A DNA stretch of 61,323 nucleotides, counting the filler. It is 7 parts of 7 records of this genome, joined end to end, with 100 filler letters (N's around TTAATTAATTAA, not from the genome) between each part and the next. Parts side by side here need not be neighbours in the genome. Positions count along the whole stretch, not along the records: positions 52,666 to 61,323 come from SRR20825006_1494; 6 more parts are not named here. One strand, 5' to 3'. Position 1 is the stretch's first letter. Each line of letters opens with the position of its first letter. Under the pieces are notes generated by a model that saw only the letters and a list, made by a program, of their open reading frames with translations, did not search any database and had not been told where the DNA came from. Of this stretch, positions 52,809-61,274 are shown piece by piece. The translations under genes and the position numbers were made by a program.

Positions 52809-53315
52809 TTAGATTTGATGGTGATGCGGGTGGTCATGACTTTGATCGTGATGATCGTGTCCATGTTTGTGCCCATGCCCAAAGCGTGCGGCCATGAAGC
52901 TTAGCAGGTCGATATCGGCCCGTTCGGTCATCGACACATAGGTGAATGTCATGGTTTCGCGTTCCTCGATCATGCTGCCGGGGAACGGCAGATAAGCCAG
53001 TTCGCGGGTAGCAAAGGCCGGGCAGGCGGTGCCGATTTGCCAGTTGGTTGTGATTTTGGCATCGACCAGATGCATGGTCAGGCCATCCTTGCCGATCTTT
53101 TGAAACGGGATATCGGCAAGGCGAAGGTAGCTTGCCTTGTCATCGGCTTTGCGGAAGCCTTCGACGAAGCTTGAGGACAGGACCTGTAATTCCTCGGCAT
53201 GGTCGGCGTCGCTTTGGCCGTGGACATGGGAATGCAGGTGATCGTGGTCCGGGGCGTGATTATGCCCCGGTCCGTGAGAATGGTTGTGGCCGTTATCGTG
53301 ATGATCATGGGGCAT
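52809..53315 (-). CDS. His-rich protein of unrecognised family (168 aa); candidate nickel-binding accessory protein
   Basis: ATG 53315 with GGAG RBS overlapping the hydrolase end; 14 His in the first 39 aa and 11 His in the last 23 aa around a roughly 105-aa globular core. Confidence 0.85.
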   Translation of the reverse strand: MPHDHHDNGHNHSHGPGHNHAPDHDHLHSHVHGQSDADHAEELQVLSSSFVEGFRKADDKASYLRLADIPFQKIGKDGLTMHLVDAKITTNWQIGTACPAFATRELAYLPFPGSMIEERETMTFTYVSMTERADIDLLSFMAARFGHGHKHGHDHHDQSHDHPHHHQI

Positions 53316-53319
53316 CTGG

Positions 53320-54558
53320 TTACTCCACATCCGGGCCGGCGGGGATGGTGACCGGTTTGTCGATGATGCCGCGATGCGATCCCATTTTGCCATGTGACAC
53401 CAGTGTACCCAGCACATCGACAATCACGCGCGTTGCCAGCAGGGCGGTAATGTCCGAGCAATCATAGGGCGGCGAAACTTCAACGACTTCAAGGCCGCAA
53501 ATTCCCTCTGCCGCGACAAGCGATACAAGCTCCAATGCCTCGCGCGGCAGGAAACCGCCAGGTTCGGGCCAACCGGTACCCGGAACGAACCCGCAATCGA
53601 CACTGTCGATATCAAACGAGATATAGACCGCATCTGCATCCTTCCATGCCAGTTCAAGCGCGCGCGCGGCGGTTTCGGCAAGGCCAAGTTCCTCGACATC
53701 GCGCATGGTGAAGATGTTGGTATTGCGATTGCGTGCAACTTCGACCCCTTCGCGCGGCACCTGCCAGCCGCCAATGCCGACCTGCACAAGGTTCACCGCC
53801 GGAACATTGACCAGATCGGTGGCATGGAACCACGGCGTGGTGTGCATGCGTTCATCAAGGTCTTTTTCCTGAATGTCGATATGGCGGTCGAAATGCACGA
53901 TGCCGATACGTTTGGATGTGCATTGCGCAATGCCACGCACGCACGGGAAACCGATGGAATGATCGCCGCCGATCATGATCGGCAGTGCGCCACTGGATGC
54001 AACGTGGCTGACCGCGCGCGTAATCTGATCAAAGGTTTTTTCGATATTGGCCGGGATGGTGAAAACATCACCTACATCGCAAAGCGTCATCTGTTCGCGA
54101 AGATCGACCCCCATTTCATAGTTATAGGGCGTGTAAAGGGCGGATATCTTGCGAACCCCCTGCGGGCCGAAACGCGTGCCGGGGCGGTATGTCGTGCCGC
54201 CATCAAACGGGATGCCTATAACCGCCGCGTCATAGGCACCGACCTTGGTGACGTCTTCGATATAGGGTGCCTTCAGAAACGTGTTGATCCCGGCATAATG
54301 GGGCAGTTCGCCCCGGGCAAAGGTCGGGATCGATTTATCGGTCAGGCAATCCGAGCCGGTCAAACCCATGCGAAGCGCCCACTGCTTTTCCTTTTCCCAA
54401 GCGGCAGATGGCAGCAAGGCTTCTTTTTCCGCCGATTTCCAACCACGCAATTGCAGCTTGTCGAAATTCGGGTGGTGGTGACGGGTTGCGGCGGGGGAGG
54501 GCAATGTTCCGGCCACGCGATGTCGGCGGACATTTTGGGGGGCAAAGAAATCGCGCAT
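53320..54558 (-). CDS. gdmH: Ureohydrolase-family guanidine hydrolase (GdmH type)
   Basis: Ureohydrolase ligands GGDHS, HFDRHID, SFDIDSVD plus GdmH-clade segments IPTFARGELPHYAGINTF, TTYRPGTRFGPQG, DLDERMHT, GIGGWQVPR, PGTGWPEPGG; guanidine riboswitch upstream. Confidence 0.88.
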   Translation of the reverse strand: MRDFFAPQNVRRHRVAGTLPSPAATRHHHPNFDKLQLRGWKSAEKEALLPSAAWEKEKQWALRMGLTGSDCLTDKSIPTFARGELPHYAGINTFLKAPYIEDVTKVGAYDAAVIGIPFDGGTTYRPGTRFGPQGVRKISALYTPYNYEMGVDLREQMTLCDVGDVFTIPANIEKTFDQITRAVSHVASSGALPIMIGGDHSIGFPCVRGIAQCTSKRIGIVHFDRHIDIQEKDLDERMHTTPWFHATDLVNVPAVNLVQVGIGGWQVPREGVEVARNRNTNIFTMRDVEELGLAETAARALELAWKDADAVYISFDIDSVDCGFVPGTGWPEPGGFLPREALELVSLVAAEGICGLEVVEVSPPYDCSDITALLATRVIVDVLGTLVSHGKMGSHRGIIDKPVTIPAGPDVE

Positions 54559-54613
54559 AGTTGTTTCCTTCGGGTTGCGTCAGTCTTTGTTGGGGTGGCT
54601 TTCGGGTTTGAAA

Positions 54614-55435
54614 TCAGGGAACCGGCGCGGTCGCCATCAGGGCGGCCGAGAAATTCATGCCGTCGGTTTCATCGGTTTCGCCATTGGCACCGGGAAGCGG
54701 TGCGGCAGACAGGTCAATCGGCAGGTCGTATGTGATGGTCGCGCCATAGGCTTCTGGCGCGTGCGGATCATCGCGCAACTTGTCAAATACCAGCATCCGG
54801 GTGCCGAGTTTGAAGGCCTCGTGGATGTCGTGCGTGACCATGAAGATCGTCATGTCATGCGCCTTCCACAGGTCCAGCAGCAATTCATGCATGTCATTGC
54901 GAATACCCGGATCAAGCGCGCCAAATGGCTCGTCCAGCAGCAGCACGCTGGGTTTCATTGTCAGGGCCTGAGCAATGGCAAGGCGTTGCTGCATGCCGCC
55001 CGAAAGCTGACTTGGATATTTGTTGGCCGCTGGTGACAGGCCGATGGTTTCAAGTAGTTCGGCAACATCATCGCGGGCCTTCTTGCGCGCGCGACCAAAC
55101 AGGCGCCCGGTCAGTTTGCGGGCGGCAAATTCCGCGCCGATCATGAGGTTTTCAGCAACGGTCAGATGCGGAAAAACCGAATAGCGTTGAAAGACAATGC
55201 CGCGATCAGGGGTGGGTTGTTGCGGCAGTGGTGCGCCATCCATCAGGATATCGCCGCTGCTTGGCAGCTCCTGGGACAGCAGCATGCGTAAAAAGGTCGA
55301 TTTGCCACAGCCCGATGCCCCGACCAGCGTGCAAAAAGCCCCGGCTTCGATATCCAGATTGATGCGTTCAAGCACCGGATATTCGCCGTAAGACTTGGTC
55401 AGGTTGCGGATCATGAATTTCGGGTCGCGCATCAC
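54614..55435 (-). CDS. ABC transporter ATPase (NitT/TauB-like), putative guanidine import
   Basis: GASGCGKST, VFQRYSVFPHLTV, LSGGMQQR, LLDEPFGALD, VTHD; GTGA overlap with the permease. Confidence 0.93.
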   Translation of the reverse strand: MMRDPKFMIRNLTKSYGEYPVLERINLDIEAGAFCTLVGASGCGKSTFLRMLLSQELPSSGDILMDGAPLPQQPTPDRGIVFQRYSVFPHLTVAENLMIGAEFAARKLTGRLFGRARKKARDDVAELLETIGLSPAANKYPSQLSGGMQQRLAIAQALTMKPSVLLLDEPFGALDPGIRNDMHELLLDLWKAHDMTIFMVTHDIHEAFKLGTRMLVFDKLRDDPHAPEAYGATITYDLPIDLSAAPLPGANGETDETDGMNFSAALMATAPVP

Positions 55436-56253
55436 AGGCTATCCCCCGAAAGGTGGTTCCAAGGGAAAGCCTTGCGCGATGCCATCAACAGCAACCGGTC
55501 AAGAATAAAGGCCAGAAGCGTGATCCAAGCGACATAAGGCAGGATCACATCCATCGCGAGGTAACGACGCACCAGAAAGATGCGATAGCCAAGGCCGCTG
55601 GTTGATGCGATGGCCTCGGCGGAAATCAGGAAAATCCATGCCGGGACAAGGCCAAGCCGGATGGCAGTGATCAGTTTTGGCATGACTTGCGGCAAAACCA
55701 CACGCGTGATCATTTGCCAGGTCGAGGCGCCCAGCGTTTCAGCCTTGATGATCAGTTCGCGCGGGATATCCATCACCGCCTGCGCGATTGTCCTGATCAT
55801 GACCGGGGCGGTGCCAATCGCGATCAGCATTACCTTGGAAGTCTCGCCCAATCCGAAAATGATGAACAGGATCGGCAGGATGGTGATTGGAGGGATCAGG
55901 GACAGGGTGGCGACAAAGGGTGCCAGACCGCGCCTGATATGCGGAATGAAGCCGATGGAAATGCCAAGCCCGATGGCAAGCAGGGTGGAAATGAAAATGC
56001 CGACCGCAAGGCGCGACAGGCTATCGATCGTATCAAGCCACAGAAGGTAATCGCCCGACCGTTTGTCGGCCTCGAACCCCATGCGCCAGATCGCATCCCC
56101 CATACTGCCAAGCGACGGCAAAAGCTTGTCGGCCGGATTATCGATCCGGCGCAGATGGCTTGCGATGGCATAGGCCCCGATCAAAAGCGCAAACGGGATC
56201 GAGCCCAGCAATATGGCTGCACGCCGGGAAAGGGTGCGATTGATGATACGCAT
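55432..56253 (-). CDS. ABC transporter permease, putative guanidine import
   Basis: Multiple TM helices, EAA-like KAETLGAS, FLISAEAIAS, GLGYRIFLVRRYLAMD; AAGGTG RBS before ATG 56253. Confidence 0.92.
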   Translation of the reverse strand: MRIINRTLSRRAAILLGSIPFALLIGAYAIASHLRRIDNPADKLLPSLGSMGDAIWRMGFEADKRSGDYLLWLDTIDSLSRLAVGIFISTLLAIGLGISIGFIPHIRRGLAPFVATLSLIPPITILPILFIIFGLGETSKVMLIAIGTAPVMIRTIAQAVMDIPRELIIKAETLGASTWQMITRVVLPQVMPKLITAIRLGLVPAWIFLISAEAIASTSGLGYRIFLVRRYLAMDVILPYVAWITLLAFILDRLLLMASRKAFPWNHLSGDSL

Positions 56254-56313
56254 GGCCGTCACCTTGCAATTGCAAAAACGGGGCAGTGGTCAAGACGGGC
56301 AAAAATCTGAAAG

Positions 56314-56373
56314 GTCGGCCATCCGAACCTGATGCAACTGGTGCAACGAATGTTACAAGGCCGGATGGCCGAC
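56314..56373. repeat. Intergenic inverted repeat after the SBP gene
   Basis: GTCGGCCATCCG (56314-56325) and CGGATGGCCGAC (56362-56373). Confidence 0.75.
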
Positions 56374-56418
56374 AGAGTTAATCAGCGAAGCGCTTGGTGG
56401 CGTGGCTAATACACGGTT

Positions 56419-57489
56419 TTAAAGCTCGCCCTTGGTGGCCATCTCCATATAGGTCGTGTCAAATTTCAGCTTCACATTGGTGCTATCGCCATAGATGCTG
56501 CCATCCGGGAAGCTGACGCCGACGAATTCCGGGCTTGGTGCGCCTTCACCAAGGATGCCCTTGTCGAACAGGAATTCGGCGACGAATTTCATGGTTTCGG
56601 AAAGCTCGGCCGATTTGGTGAATTCAACCGCCTTGTCCGGGGTAAAGAACATCGCCGTGCTGGCAAGCTGGGCATCGTATCCGGCAAGATCGGTGCCTGA
56701 TGCTTCGGCCATCGCGGTGCGTGCGGCAATGCCTTCGTCGGTGTCGGATGCCATGATGCCCATCAATTCATACCATGCGCCAACCAGTGCCTTGCCGAAT
56801 GCTGGATTGTCGGCAAGGGTTTCGGTGTTGACCATCATGATATCGATGATTTCGCCGGGGATACCCGCACTATCAAAGACGAGTGTCGCGTTATCGTTGG
56901 CGGCAATTTCCGACAGAAGCGGATTCCATGTCACGACCGATGTCACATCGTCAGTGGCATAGGTCGCGATCATGTCGGCGTCGGATGTATTCACGACCGT
57001 GACGTCCTGTTCGGACAGGCCGACCTTTTCAAGTGCACGCGCCAGCAGGTAATGGGAGACGGAAAGTTCAACCAGATTGACGTTTTGCCCCTTGATGGCG
57101 GCAAGGTCAGTTGCGTTTTTCAGGATGATGCCGTCATTGCCGTTGGAATAATCGCCAACAATCAGGGCGGTGGTATCAATCCCGCCACCGGCCGGGATCG
57201 AAAGCGCGTCCATATTGGTCATTGAGCAGCCGTCATATTCGCCAGCGGTGTATTGATTGATCGATTCAACGTAATCGTTGATCTGCACGATATCGACCGA
57301 GATGTCGTATTTGTCGGCCCATTTTTTCATGATGCCGCTATCCTGCAGATACCCCCACGGCATCCAGCCGACATAGATCGACCAGCAGACTTTGAAATCG
57401 GACTTTTGTTCGGCGTGGGCGGGTAGGGAAGCCAAAGAGGCAGAAAGGACGGCGGCAAACGAAAGTGTTTTGAAAAACGTCTTTAACAT
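56419..57489 (-). CDS. ABC substrate-binding protein, urea-carboxylase-region family (putative guanidine-binding)
   Basis: Signal peptide ending AHA; WSIYVGWMPW, INDYVESINQY, TNMDAL, GDYSNGNDG, ELSVSHYLL, IPGEIID; AGGAG RBS before ATG 57489. Confidence 0.9.
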   Translation of the reverse strand: MLKTFFKTLSFAAVLSASLASLPAHAEQKSDFKVCWSIYVGWMPWGYLQDSGIMKKWADKYDISVDIVQINDYVESINQYTAGEYDGCSMTNMDALSIPAGGGIDTTALIVGDYSNGNDGIILKNATDLAAIKGQNVNLVELSVSHYLLARALEKVGLSEQDVTVVNTSDADMIATYATDDVTSVVTWNPLLSEIAANDNATLVFDSAGIPGEIIDIMMVNTETLADNPAFGKALVGAWYELMGIMASDTDEGIAARTAMAEASGTDLAGYDAQLASTAMFFTPDKAVEFTKSAELSETMKFVAEFLFDKGILGEGAPSPEFVGVSFPDGSIYGDSTNVKLKFDTTYMEMATKGEL

Positions 57490-57596
57490 GTGTGCGCTCC
57501 TGCTTGTTTTGCGGATCACTTCGGATCAGTCAATTCAAGAAAGGCTCTTGCACACAAACCGGGAGAAGGCTTGTGCGCGACAAACCTGTGCAGTTG

Positions 57597-57699
57597 TCTC
57601 CCGGGATTTTGGCCCGCCGTGTCACCAGCCTGTGAAACTCTGGCTGGCTTGCGCCTCTTGGACCAGCATTCCTTTCGGAACCGGAACCCTAGGCGCGCT
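57597..57699 (-). ncRNA. Guanidine-I (ykkC-yxkD) riboswitch aptamer
   Basis: Minus strand GCGCCUAGGGUUCCGGUUCCGAAAGGAAUGCUGGUCCAAGAGGCGC-AAG-CCAGCC...GGCUGG-UGACACGGCGGGCCAAAAUCCCGGGAGA carries the CUAGGGUUCCG, GGUCC.AGAG and ACACGGCGGG..AAAA.CCCGGGAG hallmarks with intact P1/P2/P3. Confidence 0.92.
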
Positions 57700-57714
57700 G
57701 CACACTCAAACAGA

Positions 57715-57730
57715 AGCAATGCATATGCCA
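57715..57730 (-). promoter_or_regulatory. Sigma-54 (-24/-12) promoter for the guanidine operon
   Basis: Minus strand TGGCATATGCATTGCT = GG-N10-GC; predicted +1 near 57704, just 5' of the aptamer. Confidence 0.8.
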
Positions 57731-57841
57731 GTCACCTGAAATACGTCTTTGGATGTTGGTAATGCTATGGAAATAAAGGATAATACTGATGTTAGTGACG
57801 CTGCCTGTTGCGCGAAATGCATATATGCAGCCTGCAATTTT

Positions 57842-57887
57842 TGATTAAAAAATAACCATAAAAATAAATATGATCAAAAATAATGCA
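57842..57887. promoter_or_regulatory. Candidate tandem NtrC-like enhancer sites
   Basis: Minus strand TGCATTATTTTTGATCA (57871-57887) and TGGTTATTTTTTAATCA (57842-57858), 29 bp apart and 140-180 bp upstream of the predicted +1; resemble TGCACYNNNNNRGTGCA. Confidence 0.45.
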
Positions 57888-58001
57888 TCTTCCGTGCGTG
57901 TAATGTGTGCTGGCATCGTGCATTGGCTTTTGGTAAAGAAACGCCAATATTGACGGGCATGCCCGCACTTTACCCCATGCAAAGACCGGAGAATTCAAGC
58001 G

Positions 58002-58793
58002 ATGAGCGACGTCGCAGACGCGGCTATGCCGGATGGCGCAAGACCCGAAACCGGCGGTATCGCCAATCCGCCTGTCATCATCCTGATCGAACCGCAGCTT
58101 GGCGATAATATCGGCAAGGCGGCGCGCGCCATGCTCAATTGCGGTTTGGTTGACTTGCGCCTTGTGCGGCCGCGTGATGGCTGGCCCAATGACAGGGCAA
58201 CCGCGAATGCGTCGGGGGCTGATATTGTCATCGACAATACCAAGGTGTTCGAGCGCGAAGAAGATGCGCTTGCGGATCTGAACCGGGTTTATGTGACGAC
58301 CGCGCGGACGCGCGACGCGATCAAGCCGGTTTTTACCCCAAAGGGACTGGCACCTGAAATGCGCGCCAATGTCGCGCAGGGGGAAAAGGTCGGCGTGATG
58401 TTCGGGCCGGAACGCACCGGTGTGCGCAACGAACATATTTCGATGGCCGATGCGGTCGTGACAGTGCCGCTGAACCCGGGCTTCACATCGCTTAACCTTG
58501 CGCAGGCTGTGCTGCTGATCGGGTATGAATGGTGGCAGGCCGGTGTCGATGTGCCCGATTACCAGATGATGATGAACGATACCTTCCCGGCAACCCGGGA
58601 CGAGTTGGATCGTTTGTTCGAACATCTCGAGGCGGAACTGGATAATTCCGGTTTCTTCCGGGTCGAGGCAAAACGCCCGAATATGGCACGCAATATCCGC
58701 AATATTTTCAACCGCGCCAACCTGACCCACCAGGAAGTTCAGACACTTCGCGGCATGATCGTCGCGATGCGGGGCGGTAAGCACAAGCCATAG
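58002..58793 (+). CDS. trmJ: TrmJ/LasT-family SPOUT tRNA methyltransferase
   Basis: PQLGDNIGKAARAMLNCGL, FGPERTG, SLNLAQAV, EVQTLRG. Confidence 0.9.
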   Translation: MSDVADAAMPDGARPETGGIANPPVIILIEPQLGDNIGKAARAMLNCGLVDLRLVRPRDGWPNDRATANASGADIVIDNTKVFEREEDALADLNRVYVTTARTRDAIKPVFTPKGLAPEMRANVAQGEKVGVMFGPERTGVRNEHISMADAVVTVPLNPGFTSLNLAQAVLLIGYEWWQAGVDVPDYQMMMNDTFPATRDELDRLFEHLEAELDNSGFFRVEAKRPNMARNIRNIFNRANLTHQEVQTLRGMIVAMRGGKHKP

Positions 58794-58823
58794 CTGCATG
58801 TCTGCTTCTGCGCAGATTGGTAC

Positions 58824-58858
58824 ACAACACCCGCCGATTTTGGCGGGTGTTGTTGTTT
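58824..58858 (+). terminator. Intrinsic terminator after trmJ
   Basis: ACAACACCCGCC-gatttt-GGCGGGTGTTGT-TGTTT. Confidence 0.8.
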
Positions 58859-59107
58859 GGGGTGCTTTCAGTATTCAGCCGACAGCTTGGTGCTGCCCCG
58901 TGAGCCACGACCGGCTTTGTGTGAATTTTTTTAGACAAATGTAATAATGTAAGGCGATTTGTAATTGTAGTTACAAAATTATCCGTGACATCGCCTGTTT
59001 TCCCGACCTATCCTTGAGTCTGGGATTCATAACACAATCTTATAAGAGATGGGTCACCCGGACGGGGGTTCAGAGGTTTCTCAAATGTTTGAGCATTGGG
59101 GTGGGGT

Positions 59108-61207
59108 ATGAAGGGATTTCTAAATCTTTCGGTCAAGGTTCAGCTGCTGATTTCGATGGCGGCACTTGCGTTTTCTGCGGTTGCGGTGGTTTTGCTGGTT
59201 ACGCAATCTTCGTCATTTGATGCCATTCACAAGGTATCGGTCGAACAGGCGCGCGAACAGGCTTATCGATATGCCAATTCGGTTTCGGAGGAATTGAATA
59301 TTCCGGCGGAAGCCGTTCGTTCGACAGCCTCGGCGCTAAAAGGCATGGTTGCGGCAGGTAAGCCTGACCGCGAAGTTGCCGGTGAAATCATTTCCGAATT
59401 ACTGCGCCAGCATCCCGGAATTGTCGGCAGTGGAACGGTGTGGGAACCGAACGCCTTTGACGGTGCCGATAGCAGCAACGCCAATGTGGCAGGCAGCGAT
59501 GATGCCGGTCGGTTTGTGCCCTATTTCTATCGTGATGCATCGGGCAAGATCGCGTTTGAGCCGCTGATCGGGTTTGAAACGCCGGGGGATGGCGATTGGT
59601 GGTTGGTTCCCCGTGACGAACGACGTGAAACCATTGTCGAACCTTATGTCTATCCCGTGAACAATGTCGACGTGTTAATGACAACCATCAGTGCGCCGGT
59701 ATTTGAGGGGGAACCGGGCAGTAAGGTGATTGGCGGCGTAACCGTCGATCTGGCGCTTGAAACGCTGCAGGGCATTATCGACCAGATTGCCTTGCCCGAG
59801 AGTGGTATGGCTACCCTGATTTCAGAAGGGGGCTATGTTGTCGCACACAGTGCCAAGGATCGGGTTGGCCAGAATATCAGCGATATTGATCCGGCACTGG
59901 CACCGGTCCTGGAAAGTATTGGCAAAGGTGAGGCTTTTGGCCGTGAAATGAAGCTCGGTGCCGATAGTGCGTCTTACTATGTCACCTTTACACCGATATC
60001 GATTGGCAAAACGGGTACGAACTGGGCATTGGGTACGGCGATCCCGATGAAAGCTATTCTGGCAGAGGCAAATAACCAGCTTTATATCGCCCTCGTCGTG
60101 GCGGCTGTTGCGGTTCTTGCGGTTGCGATTATCGCTTTTTGGCTTGGCGGTGCGTTGGGGCGTCCGGTGTTGCGGATGACCGAACGGATGAATGCGCTGG
60201 CGCAGAATGATGTCGATGTCGAGATTCCCTATACCGACCGTTCGAACGAGTTTGGCCGCATGGCACAGGCCGTTGCGGTGTTTCGGGAAAATGCCGTGCG
60301 TGTTCGCAATGCCGAGGCCGAAAAACTTAAAGCCGATCATGTGGCCGAGGAAAGGCGCCGTACCCAGTTGAACCAGCTTGCAGACTCGTTTGAAAGTTCT
60401 GTTGGAGGAGTGGTCGGCTCGGTGAGCAATGCTGCGGATCGTCTGTCGTCGTCTTCCGGGGTCATGAACCAGATCGCTGTTGACACGCGATCACAGGCCG
60501 CAGCGGTGAATGCAGCAGCCGAAGAAGCATCCAATAATGTACAGACTGTGGCTTCCGCGACCGAGGAGCTGTCTGCGTCGATCCGTGAAATTTCGTCGCA
60601 GGTTGCGCAATCAAACGAGATTGCGGGCAATGCCGTAGAAGAAGCCAATAGAACAAACCAGTTGATCGGTGGTCTTGCCGATGCGGCGGAAAAGATCGGC
60701 GATGTTGTAACCTTGATTCAGGATATTGCGTCGCAGACAAATCTTCTGGCGCTGAATGCGACAATCGAGGCTGCGCGTGCCGGGGATGCCGGCAAGGGCT
60801 TTGCAGTTGTCGCAAATGAGGTCAAGAATCTTGCCAGTCAGACCGCGCGTGCAACAGACGATATTTCCGGTCAGATCGGCGGTATTCAGGGGGCAACCAG
60901 GGATGCGGTCGAGGCAATTGGCGGGATCACTGAAACCATCGGTCGCATCAGCGAAATCGCATCGACGATTGCGGCCGCTGTTGAACAGCAGGGGGCGGCG
61001 ACCGAAGAAATCGCGCGCAACGTCGGGCAGGCGGCACAGGGCACGACCGAGGTTACGTCAACGATCGGACAAGTGACGGCATCGACCGGCAAAGTTGGCG
61101 AATCTGCAAGTGATGTTGCAAGTGCTGCTGAGGAACTGACCGGGCAGGCTGCAAGCTTGCGTCAGCAGGTCGAGCAATTCCTGCGAGATATTCGGGCAGG
61201 CGTCTGA
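59108..61207 (+). CDS. Methyl-accepting chemotaxis protein with periplasmic dCache sensor and HAMP
   Basis: Two TM helices flanking a Cache region (WW...PR, EPYVY, GVTVDL), [44 protein letters not shown]. Confidence 0.95.
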   Translation: MKGFLNLSVKVQLLISMAALAFSAVAVVLLVTQSSSFDAIHKVSVEQAREQAYRYANSVSEELNIPAEAVRSTASALKGMVAAGKPDREVAGEIISELLRQHPGIVGSGTVWEPNAFDGADSSNANVAGSDDAGRFVPYFYRDASGKIAFEPLIGFETPGDGDWWLVPRDERRETIVEPYVYPVNNVDVLMTTISAPVFEGEPGSKVIGGVTVDLALETLQGIIDQIALPESGMATLISEGGYVVAHSAKDRVGQNISDIDPALAPVLESIGKGEAFGREMKLGADSASYYVTFTPISIGKTGTNWALGTAIPMKAILAEANNQLYIALVVAAVAVLAVAIIAFWLGGALGRPVLRMTERMNALAQNDVDVEIPYTDRSNEFGRMAQAVAVFRENAVRVRNAEAEKLKADHVAEERRRTQLNQLADSFESSVGGVVGSVSNAADRLSSSSGVMNQIAVDTRSQAAAVNAAAEEASNNVQTVASATEELSASIREISSQVAQSNEIAGNAVEEANRTNQLIGGLADAAEKIGDVVTLIQDIASQTNLLALNATIEAARAGDAGKGFAVVANEVKNLASQTARATDDISGQIGGIQGATRDAVEAIGGITETIGRISEIASTIAAAVEQQGAATEEIARNVGQAAQGTTEVTSTIGQVTASTGKVGESASDVASAAEELTGQAASLRQQVEQFLRDIRAGV

Positions 61208-61240
61208 TTTTGCATTGAAAATCGGCTAAACGGTTATCAG

Positions 61241-61274
61241 GGGCACTCGGGTTGGGAAACCTGGGTGCCTTTTC
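61241..61274 (+). terminator. Intrinsic terminator after the MCP gene
   Basis: GGCACTCGGGTT-ggga-AACCTGGGTGCC-TTTT. Confidence 0.75.

Noticed and set aside
53316-53423. Longer 204-aa start for the His-rich ORF
   Set aside because: It would overlap gdmH by about 100 nt; ATG 53315 has a properly spaced GGAG RBS.
53320-54558. Plain agmatinase (speB) or arginase call
   Set aside because: GdmH-clade motifs (RGELPHYAGINTF, DERMHT, GTGWPEPGG) and the guanidine-I riboswitch fit guanidine hydrolase better.
57911-57927. Second sigma-54-like TGGCA motif on the plus strand before trmJ
   Set aside because: Spacing fails: GG-N10 is followed by TG, not GC.
57792-58799. 335-aa minus-strand ORF upstream of the riboswitch
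   Set aside because: Antisense shadow of trmJ; not an activator for the operon.
59108-61207. MCP as a guanidine chemoreceptor
   Set aside because: Separated from the operon by trmJ and a terminator, on the opposite strand; no sequence evidence for its ligand.
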